From NCBI RefSeq assembly GCF_023055435.1, contig NW_025964361.1:1178001-1242000 (forward strand): 64,000 bases of DNA. Reading direction: 5' to 3'. Position numbers and translations under genes: made by a program. Shown here one piece after another: positions 11,431-23,400 of this stretch. The first letter of the stretch is position 1; each line of letters begins with the position of its first letter. The DNA comes from Haliotis rufescens. Its lineage: Eukaryota. The notes beneath the pieces were generated by a model. That model ran no database searches and had not been told where the DNA came from. It saw only the letters and a list, made by a program, of their open reading frames with translations.

Positions 11431-14400
11431 CTGAAACAACAAACATCATCATCCTTGAAACAATGAGTAGCACCATCTTTGAAACAACATGTCTCTGCTA
11501 TCAAAATTTGTAAGATTTGTCAGTAAATGAAATTAAGTCATGGATAACGCAGGGCTTTTTTACTTCAACCATGACATCATCCTTGAAATAACAAACAAAA
11601 ACATCATTGACAACAAACAACATGCTTGACAACAATAACAAAAAACATTCTTGAAACAGAAAATAACATCATCCTTGAAACGACATGTCTCTGCCATCAT
11701 AAGATTTGTCAGTAAGTGAAATTACGTCGCGGATGACACGCCTTAAGGGGGTGGTCGGGTAGCCTAGTGGTTAAAGCGTTCGCTCATCATGCCGAAGACC
11801 CAGGTTCGATTCCCGACATGGGCACAATGTGTGAAGCCCACTTCCGGTGTCCCCTGGCGTGATATTGCTGGAATATTGCTAAAAGCGGCTTAAAACCATA
11901 CTCACTCATTCACTCACAGGCCTTAAGACCCCAACTATCATTTTACAGAAATACTCCTTAATCATATATTATCAACAGATTTTACTGAAATACTCTTTAT
12001 TAATATTATCAACAGATTAAATAGGACAGTGGACTATGCTTTCAAAAGACCAATATTCAACTTTTCACCAAGGTGATCATGAATGACACTATCAGCCATG
12101 CCTGCGCGTACCAGACGGGTGAAGCACCAGTAAAATCTCCACTATAGCCCCACGCTTGCTTGTAACACATACCTTGGTCCACTCATTGGTGATGGGATCA
12201 TACGATTCCACATCATTGAGGTACTGTTGGCCATCATAACCCCCCACAGCGAACAGCTTGTCTCCTAGTGGGCAGAGGCCCACAGCATCTCGGGGGGAGC
12301 TCATCGGGGAGATCATGGTCCACTGGTCCGTCTTCGGGTCATATCTGGGGGAGATTCAGTATCGTGTCACCAGTGTCAAACAGAGGATGACAATCATTTA
12401 CGGAGCTACTACTACTACAACTACAACTACTACTGTAATACAATAACTTGTTTGGGGTGAAAAAGTGAGTAGAGGTTTGATTCTGCCACTGTACAGCTGC
12501 CAGGCCAAGCATCATGAATGAAATCATCTTGGTTTGTCACTTTTGATCCCTCCGGCCAGAAAATCATTACAACAAAGGAATATAACTCTTCGTTATTTTT
12601 TCATTAAAGAATTTCTTACAATCAAATGAAAATATCACAGAAGTATCTATACAACTATTATTTGCATTTGCATAATATTCCAGATAAATGACAGCAGCCC
12701 GTAAATAACCAAGTCTGGACCAGACAAACCAGTGATTGATATAATGAGCAACGTTTCAAACTGACATGGTAGGATGACACGGAATCAACCAAAGCACCAA
12801 GTATCGAGTACGATATGCATAGGTTGCTGGGGACCTGTTCTAACTCAGATTTCCATTGGGCCCTCTAAGAAAATGTATCTGCCAATGATGAGTGGTCCAT
12901 TGTTTATCAGTGAACTATAAAGCGGCCCTTCAACACATTATAGTCCTCACCGTTCTGCACACTCAAATCTGCTGCAGGTGGGGTTGGTAGCCGGAGCCTC
13001 GTGACCCCCGACAGCATACAGGAACCCGTTACATGTAGCCACGCCCACGCCACCCCGCCGTTTGGACATCGGGGTGCAGTGTGTCCACTTGTTGGTGTGT
13101 GGGTCGAAACACTCCACCGACTTCAAGCAGGAGCTTCCATCACGACCACCCACAGCAAACAATCTGGTGGAAATAAAAAATTGTTTTACTCCCAACTAGA
13201 GCATCCTGAAATACTGTTTCTGTGTTAAGTTTATCACTGTGAATCCATACTGAGCACAGCAACACACGGGGAACCCTGTCACAGATGAGAACAATTTTTA
13301 TGGCATAACCGAGGATCATCTGAGACTTAAGTATCTTCAGCTAGTCATCAATTTGTTTAGTGACAGAGGGAAACTCTATAACAGTCATACCATAAAACAC
13401 ACTTCATTTATCAAAATAGCACCTGGTTCACTAACCTAATAATGCCTTCAACACACAATCAGTAGCTTGTTAAATTTGTGATGTAATTTCAAAATGCTGC
13501 AGTTTGTGCATCAGTTTTTTTCTCAAAATAAGCAAAGAGAGGTTTACATTGCTTTTAGCAATGTCACAGCAGGGGATGCCAATAATGGCTTAACGCATTG
13601 TACTCTTGTTGATAATTAAACCTGGTTTTCCATGTGAAAAAAACCAACCCATTGACTACCAGGCTAGTCTGCCCACTAAGCTGCTTCAGGACGAAGGCTA
13701 CTGGTGATAAGTTAGCCCAATGGGTTGGTACTACTGGGAAACTATTTCCCACACTGCCCAATATGGAACATTTTTAACATACATGACCCAGCAGGAGAAA
13801 AGGGACCTTACAAGTGAAAAAATCACATCTTTGAAAAATCATCTTCACAATTCACAAGCTTCAATTTATATTCATTACAGAGATACTGACATCAAAAATT
13901 TGGATTCATTTTCTGCAAAGTCCCATTTTCAGACTTATTACTGTTTATGTATTAGGTGCAGCTTTTAAATATAATGTCTGATTAATTGAACATAGACATG
14001 TATGCTGAAATGTTTGAAATAATGCTTTTACTACATAGCGAACTAACGAGAGAAAAATTAGATATTTTTGTACAGTCCGCACACATGGCCATTTTTTACG
14101 GAAGTAAGTTGACGTCACATGTCCCTCTTCATGACGTCACAACACAACTGTTTCCTAGCACCCATAAGGTCCTTTTCTCATGGTGGGTCACATAGAATCT
14201 TGTCAAGGGATATGACGTGACAGCTGTCCCCACAACCTTCTACAGGATGAAGACATGTGTCCACTGCGTGTTGTACTTACTTCCCAGCAAGGGAGGCGAC
14301 GCCCACGGTGCTGCGTGTGGTGGACATAGGGGCCACATAGCTCCACTGTCGGGCCTGGGGGTCCCATCGCTCCACGGTGTTCAGGTATGACCAGCCATCA

Positions 14401-17400
14401 TGTCCTCCCACCGCGTACATCGGCCCCTCCAGAACACCCACTCCTGCAGAAGACAAGGCATCAGATCAGTGACAAGAAATAAAACATAGCCATTGAAATC
14501 AAAACCATCTCTTTCAGCACTTGACCATGGCTTCACAATCTCATTAAAATCAGACCTTAGTTCTCGTTACCGCTAAACAAAGATCTGAGGACATCCCATT
14601 AGGGGTCACGTCAGAACGACCTTTCATCTGCCCAATCAGAGCGTCGCTTACCAGATCATAAAAGTGACAGTCGGAATGTGATTTCTAATCATGCATCCTC
14701 GTAAACTTTAACACAGGGTATTCCGAACAATAGTTACGAGTTTAACGACTGAATCCCTACAATCTGGACCATCTATTAGCCATTCCAGAATATTCTTTTG
14801 TTCAGGTTTCAAATTTTTAATCGAGGTTTTGTCAAAATATGTTTCGAAGTGTTGTTGCCAATTTGAAAATAGTGCCATAAAGCACGAGAAAGCTGCCTTC
14901 TGATTGGTCATTCCATTGGTCGGTCAAAGTTCGCGCAAGGTTGGTCTGACGTGACCCGTAATGGGATGTCCTCAGAACTAAGATCTGATTTTAATGAGAT
15001 TGATGGCTTCAAGAATTGACAATAAGCACACATAATAAATCAACAAGGACTAACTGATCTTAACACTGTGACTGTCGTAACTTCCCTACTCTAACATAGC
15101 TAACAACAGTCATATCTTCAAAGTCATATTTGGGATAACACTTTCTGAGTAAAGTACAGATTCTCGTACTTGTTGTGGGTCAACAGTATCCCAAGTCAGC
15201 CTTACCCAGACCATGCCTGTGGGTGGACATAGGAGGCATGAGAGTCCACGACTTCTTCTTGGGGTCGTAGCACTCCACGGTGTTGAGAGTCTTCAGCCCA
15301 TCTCGGCCCCCAACGACAAACAACTTGTCCTCCAAGACAGCAACACCAAACTGCAGCCTGCGACCATTCATGTTGGCCACCTGCGTCCACGTGTTGGTAC
15401 GGAGGTCATACTTCTCGATGCTTGTGGCTCCTGGAACAGTAAGACAATCTGAGACTACGCAATTTACATCTCACTGCTGCACTGCCTCGAGTCCAGTGCC
15501 TGTTCCACAAACCGATCTTAGCGCTAAGAGGATTGTAACTCCTCCACCTTAACATAGATAGACTTACGACAATCATAGCACTATGATCGTTTTGTGGAAC
15601 GGGGCCCCTGAAACTAGAAAGCATGGCTGTAGTAGAACTAGCATTTGTCTAAGCCGTTTGTCATGGTCAAAACTGATAATATTTACACCTGACCAGAAGA
15701 TCTTAATAAGTGCTGTAATCTGATTGGTTAAAAACTTTATTGAATGAAACTGGTTACCAGGATGTGAGGACTTTTCACTACACATGAATACTTCGATCTC
15801 TTTCTCAAACCCAAATATGAAAAAAACATCTATTCCGGCTCGATGACAAAATACTGCATTGATCATATAAAAGTTTGACCAATATTTATCCTAACAACAA
15901 GTTAGTTGTTTTTCTCCACATTTTGCAAACGAGGAAGGTTCTGTTGTGATGAGAAGCCTAGGACGCCATCTACTGTATCATGACGTACGTACTAGCATAC
16001 CAGTGAGAACTCACACAGTGTAACAGAAACCTACTGACAAGTTTTGTGTTACTTCATTAAACATAATGGGTTTTCACATGTCACTGGATATCAAAATTTC
16101 CAGAAATGTTAAAATCAGAAACCTCTGGCTAATGTCAGATCTAAATGAAATAAGCTACAACTCTTCAATGGTTTTACATCCGATTTGAAAATCAATCAGT
16201 AATCTAAGGGCCTTTTATTGCAGTCATTATCTTGATCAATTGACTTCCATTTCAGTCTTTAACAATGGAGTTGATGGCGCCACCTGAAGTAAATGTCACA
16301 TTCAGTAGCTAAGAGTAGATTTCACAAAAGCAACTGTCTGACTTAGGAACTCGACAGACCTATGTTCCAAGATAAAACAATGTTTAATACTTGAAGTACT
16401 GACAAGACTAGGAGAAATTTGGGGAAATTTTCAAAATATGACAAATATAGTGGCTGAAATTTTAGTTTACCAGGCTACTAACATAATATTGTCGGGGCAG
16501 TCGGGTACCCTAGTGGTTAAAGCGTTCGCTCGTCACGCCGAAGACCCGGGTTCGAATTCCGACATGGGTACAATGTGCGAAGCCCATTTCTGGTGTCCCC
16601 CACCGTGATATTGCTTGAATATTGCTAAAAGCGGCGTAAAACCAAACCCACTCACTCACTCATAATATTGTCACTTTGTGATTTTAATGCATTCCCATGT
16701 TGTAGCCTTATTTGTATTCTGTATTCTACATAACAAAAAGAATTAACATCACTATTAGCTATCAGTTATGTCTGTGAGATATATACATCTAATATTTGTT
16801 TTCAGAAAGGAAATCCTATTAACAGATACCCTATGCATATTGAACAAAGCATGCTACATATAACCAGTGCTTCATCTATGACAGTAATACCGACAGTGCT
16901 CATACACATCGTCTCCAGAGACTAGTATCAGTTTATAGATACGAGAGTTACTGAAATGCTGATGTGAAGTTACATCCAGAACAGCCAACAAAGGAAAAGT
17001 CCCCGCGCATCAGGTCAATTTAATCGTAATAATCTGACTTAAACTTTGTAACAGATACGATGATGACTTGGTGTGGCCATAATAAACATTGCAGACAATG
17101 TCTGACATTTACCATATCGTGCGTTGGCCTCAACCAGCCCAATAAACAATGATCAAAGTTCCTTCTAGTTTCAGTAAGGAGAACTAATTTATCTTGAGGG
17201 CTTTGAGCTGTCATCACTTCCAGTCTATCCCATCATTTGGATAAATATTCACATTCTGGCAACCTTTTTCATGGGCAGTTAATACTAACATGATAATTGA
17301 TACTAAATATTTACTGTAAATGCCAAACTGTTTTCACTTTATATATACTTCAGTTTGCCTCTTCAACCAATATTTCAAAGAGACTAGTGTCTTTCAACTA

Positions 17401-20400
17401 CTCTCAAACTTTGTAGCTGATGAAACATTAAATGAGATATTAATAATTGAATCGCTGGTGCCAGTGATTCACAGAAAGACATACCAAAAATATATACAGA
17501 TATTACAGATGGAAAAAGATTTAATATGTGATCTAGTTATGATACCTTGTTTGGTCATTGGGCTTTAGATGCTTGCTGTTTCAGTATCGGAATCTAGGGA
17601 CCATTTAACCATTGATTTGCAACATGAAAGTTTTTACCATGAACTCGTGACTTATTTTGAAACACAGTGATGCTATGCCAAAAGGCGAGGTATAAATGAC
17701 CCTGATGATGGACTTGTGAGGCTTACCTTAGGTACAGTCCATGCCTCCCACGGCATACATGACCCTGACGGTGGACTTGCAAGGCTTACCTTTGGTACAG
17801 TCCATGCCCCCAACGGCATACATGACCCTGACGGTGGACTTGCAAGGCTTACCTTTGGTACAGTCCATGCCACCCACGGCATACATGACCTCGACGGTGG
17901 ACTTGCAAGGCTTACCTTTGGTACAGTCCATGCCTCCCACGGCATACATGACCCTGACGGTGGACTTGCAAGGCTTACCTTTGGTACAGTCCATGCCTCC
18001 AACAGCATACATGACCCCGACGGTGGACTTGCAAGGCTTACCTTTGGTACAGTCCATGCCTCCAACAGCATACATGACCCCGACGGTGGACTTGCAAGGA
18101 TTACCTTTGGTACAGTCCATGCCTCCCACGGCATACATGACCCAGACGGTGGACTTGCAAGGCTTACCTTTGGTACAGTCCATGCCTCCCACGGCATACA
18201 TGACCCCGACGGTGGATTTGCGGGGCTTGGTGCGGGGGCTCTGGAAAGAGGACCTGCGCTCCGGGAGCAGATGGTACTTGAGGGCCTCCATGATCAGGGT
18301 CTGGCACTCCTTGTCATCCCGGAACAGTGGGTTCGTCTCCACACAGTCCGCAATGAACTGACAGAAAAAAAGCAACACATAGAGTCAAGCTTTATATACA
18401 GGAAGATTTAATGCCAGTATTAGCAACCTATGTAATGTCAAACCATTTACTTTAAATTCATGATCCATTTCGTCCTTATAAATGGGTAATATTGTGTTAT
18501 GTTTTGTTTATTCTTTTAAGATAAATAGATTTTTATCAAGGAAAGGAAACCTAAGACACACAACACAAAAAATTTCTAAATACCTTCCCGATAAAAAAAT
18601 AAAAATTATTGGGGATTATGTTACTTTCGTCTTACTAGATAGGAAACCAATACACAAACTGAATATATTTAAAAAATCAATGATGAGTGGGAGTTGTTTA
18701 TCATACAATAAAACACTGCAGGTAGAATAACCATGAGGGTGTGGCTCATCAACTGGGAACAACTCAATAGACAATTCCTTCTCAAAATAACGTCTTCCAA
18801 AAAAAGACATCACAAGTTGCAAGCTCATGTTTGAATCTCTAGATATGCATCATGACAACACACTCAATACCCACATACCCAAAACGAACTCTGCAGGACT
18901 TTGCTGCTATGCACATGACATATTCTACGTAATAGATACCACAACCCTAGGCAATTATTCCCTAATATTAGAAATATCGGCATTTTCTTTAATACGGTGA
19001 CAGTTATAAATTCCACTGGCAAAACTTGAGTCTTTCCCGGAGGCAGGTCTTTGTCAAATGTAATCAATACTAATCATAACCATTCTTGCCCATAACACCG
19101 ACTCCACACCCTAATCTCTCATCTATCTGGCTTCTCTCAATCTACTGATCATCCCTACAGCTTCAGGAGGAGTCCGGCAATCAATACTCCGCCAACGGAA
19201 GCCAGACGCTCATGTTCATCCATCCCTTCTAACCAAACGTTGTACTTCTCAGTTTTCACTTGTCAATAATTACTGCTTTCCGTTTCGTTACCCTCCATAC
19301 GAGACGCTCCTTCCCTTACAATACGAGCCACATCGGAGCATGCTTGATCTCAGAACATAACTTGCTTAATGTGGAGCATGGTTGTAATACTATCACCAAT
19401 TTACACTCAAATAACCTCCCAAACACGCAAAACCAAATCAGCCATGTTATCTCTTATGATTTTGGCACAACCAAAGCCAGAGTTTCACCACATTATTTCA
19501 GTCACGCTGATGGAATTTCCATTTCTATAATGACATGTATGGAAGTGTACGTCCTCCCCAAACAAAGTAAATCCGCACACAACCACATTAATTGTCGCCC
19601 TCCTTGGAGACCCACCGCTTGCTAATTCGGCAATTGCTGGCTATCCCAAGATGCTGTTAGTTTCCCCTCAATCAACAACCTGAACCAGATTGAGACATTA
19701 AGTAAGTCTTGACCCTAACATGGCAGGGTCAGTGTCACCAAAGAAGCATCTCCCAGACTGACAGGGTGACAAGTAGCTGTTAGGCATGTAGTGGTCAATA
19801 TCGCAGACAGCCACAACAGGGATGATGGGGAGAGTGAAGGGGTGTTAAGCCAATCAAGTGACTGAGGAAGGTTTTACGCCACATTATCATCACTGCAGCT
19901 TAAGATGGAGTTCCGGTTCCAGAAACTATATTGGTTTTGGAATCGAACCCTGATGTTTGGTATGATGAGACAAGCTGTGGCCTGTGAGTGAGTAGGGGTG
20001 ACTTCCACTTCATCAACATTTCAGCTTTAGACATGGAGATCAGATTTAAAAAGATTTTCTTTCGGTTTTGGAACTGACCCCAGGTCTTTGGCATTACTGA
20101 GTTGTAGAGTTTTACACCCATTGACAACATTTCAGCTTTGGACATCGAGATTTGGCTTCATGAACTGTATCAGATTCTGGACTGATCCCTGAGCTGACTT
20201 GCACCAATGATCTTAGCGCTATGACTACCTAAAGTCTTGCACCAGTGATCTTAGCGCTATGACTACCTAAAGTCTTGCACCAATGATCTTAGCGCTATGA
20301 CTACCTAAAGTCTTGCACCAATGATCTTAGCGCTATGACTACCTAAAGTCTTGCACCAATGATCTAAGCGCTATGACAACCTAAAGTCTATGTTACAGTC

Positions 20401-23400
20401 ATCTCAGTACTAAGATCACTTTGTGCAAGTACCCATGTCTAATGTCTATCTGTCTGTTTGTCTATCTGTCTGTACCAAAGAACACATGAGGTACCTGACC
20501 AAAGTAAGCTACCTAGTTTCAAAGATTGAGGCAACATGAAACATTTTCTTATCATTATTCAGATGTATGCATTCCCAGTGAAGATCCGGGTAGAGAATAG
20601 GTCTTCAGCAACCCATGCTTATTGTAAAAGGCAACTATGCTTGTCGTAAGAGGTGACTAACAGGACAAAAATCGGGTAGTCAGGCTCGCTGACTTTGCTG
20701 ATTGATGTCTTCATATCCCAATCACGTAGATCAGTGCTTATGAATGTTAATCACTGGATTGTCTGGTCCCGACTTGAGTATTTACAGACCGCCGCAGGTG
20801 TATACTTAGTTGGTTGGTTTGTTTGTTTAACGCCGCACTCAGCAATATTCAAGCTATATGACAGCGGTCTGTAAATAATCAAGTCTGGACCAGACAATCC
20901 AGTGATTAATATCATGAGCATCGATCAACGCAATTGGGATCGATGACATGCATCAACCAAGTCAGCGAGCCTGACCACCCGATCCCGTTAGTCGCCTTTT
21001 ACGACAAGCATAGTCACCTTTTACGGCAAGCATGGGTTGCTGAACACCTATTCTACCCCGGAAGTGTATACTTAGAACAATGAATTGTTCTCCAGTATAT
21101 CTCTGGGGGTATGTACTCATTGATGATGCAGATGAGGGACAGGATGACAGCATCATCAGGGTAAGAGGACATGCTAAGTGAGCCATTCCAAGTTCCCAAG
21201 GGTTACCCAGACAGTTCAGAGCACAAATTCATGGCAGAAAAATCTTGTATTTATTTTAGAAATCTATATCAACACAATTTAGAAAGCATGCAAAAGTCAA
21301 AATGTCATTACAATTCTTAACAGAAAGCTTAGTTTAATCACAAGTGTTAAAACATTACATTTCAATCTTTTCAAGGAAAATCTAACAACCACATTGCTTC
21401 CTTTAAAAGGCACTAAATACGCAACAAAAATGAGAATAGAAACATTTTCACTCATTTCCCATGATCTCATAAACACTCAGCAGGCTATACATCCCATATT
21501 CCTACCACGAGAATTCTAAAGTTGCCTTTTTTCTGTAGAAGTATTCAAAACTAATGTTTTCCAGACACTTTCATTACAGTGTGAACGCAACATAACCTTC
21601 AAAATATAAAAACAACAGTTTCACACTTGTTGACAATCCAACCGACAAGATCTAGAAGTCCCCAGAACACTGAGGCCCTGTTCCAGCCCTCGCTAGGCAA
21701 CATAAAATAAAGGAAGCTTAGTGTCAAGCGAACAAAACCATATTGTTGGAGCCAAAAACCCAACATAGATATGAAAATTTCCCATACCCTCCCCTGCTAA
21801 AACTGTGTATGATTGCTCCAACAGTTCCTGGCATTCCTGCACCAGGTTAGGCATGTTTCAACCATGTAGAGGAATGCCAGACGGAGGAGGAAAAAGTCTG
21901 TCAGCTGCTTTCAATGTCAGTGCATCTGTCACCATCCCCCTGTCAACACCCTGTCTTGCCCTGCCTGTGGAGCACAGTCGAATGATAACTTTGAACTGTA
22001 ATCCATGATTTGTTTGTTTGTTGTTTAACGCCGCACTCAGCAATATTCAAGCTAAATGACGGCGGTCTGTAAATAATCAAATCTGGACCAGACAATCCTT
22101 TGATTGACATCATGAGCATTGATCCACGCAACTGGGATACGATGACATGCATCAACCAAGTCAGTGAGCCTGACCACCAGATCCCGTAAGTCGCCTCCTA
22201 CGACAAGCATAGCTGCCTTTTACATCAAGCATGGGTTGCTGAAGACCTATTCTACCCCGGATCTTCACAGGTTTGTAATCCATAAAGTATTACCTATGAT
22301 AGTGCCAGGAGCATGCTTTATGAGCACTTTCTATGCTCTGAAATTATCATAAATCTACGTCTGTCTGTGATGTTGTGGACAGAGCACCGAGAGCAGATGT
22401 CTGTGATGTTGTGGACAGAGCGTCTGCCCCGAGAGCGGATGTCTGTGGTTCAATCCCCTGGCTGTATCGTACCGAAAGACGTCAAAAGATGCTACTTGTT
22501 GTTACCTTGCCTGGTGCTCACCATTAAGGGGACAGGAGTCAGTATACTGTGTGTGAGTGGGGTAGTCATGTTAAACTGCAGCATGGTATCTCAGTAGGCT
22601 AGCACTATAAAACCAGCATTAGACCAAACTAGTGCAAGTAGCCACACATATACACCAGGAGTGGGACAAGTCCAAATTTACTACCTACCCCCCTATTACC
22701 CGACCCTACCCGGGTACCTGCTGTAGGTCTCAAGAGGTAGGTACAAACTGTCCGATTGGGAAATGTTTGACCGTAGCCCTGGCAAAATGGGTTTAGATAC
22801 ATGTATAAAACGATCTGGTGTATACACTGAAGCTGACTGAAGTTTTATTTTTATTCAAACATAAAAACAGTCAGAAGGAATGGGCATAGTAGTCAGAAAG
22901 AACTGCGAACATTAGTGATTTGTAGTTTAAACAAAGAGTTCTAGATAATTTTTGTCATTAAACAATATATCACGTGACTAATCACACGTCCGGGTAGTCC
23001 TGTGGGAACCCAGATCCTACTCAGTACCCACCCGACCTGAGTACCCAAGTTACCCGAGTTACCCGTCCCAGCCCAGCCGTCCCAGCCCAGCCGTCCCAGC
23101 CCTGTCTCCATGTAAGTACAATAAACATGACGTTTAACCCCTTTTCACCTCCACTCATGATGTTCATGATGTTCATGATGTTCATGATGTTAGACCCTAG
23201 CGATTTGACAGTTTCAGCTCTTGCACTTTGCTAGAGTTATACATTTGTTGAAAGTCATAACATCAGCTGTAAGACCCTCATAAATCAATATGTTGAATTT
23301 AAAGTTATGACAGCATCAACTCTAAAACTAACAAACATGGATGTCAGAATATATATCATGTCTAAGGCATTTATAAGTCTACAGGCAAAGTTATGACAGC

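Noticed and set aside
11748-11822. tRNA gene-like sequences (also 16494, 35552, 51900-52005)
   Set aside because: SINE heads: followed by a shared body, tail and TSDs, with no complete cloverleaf or poly-T terminator
17673-18411. Alternative-frame and antisense ORFs over the 63-bp array
   Set aside because: By-products of a 3n stop-poor repeat; only the KLHL5 frame has homology
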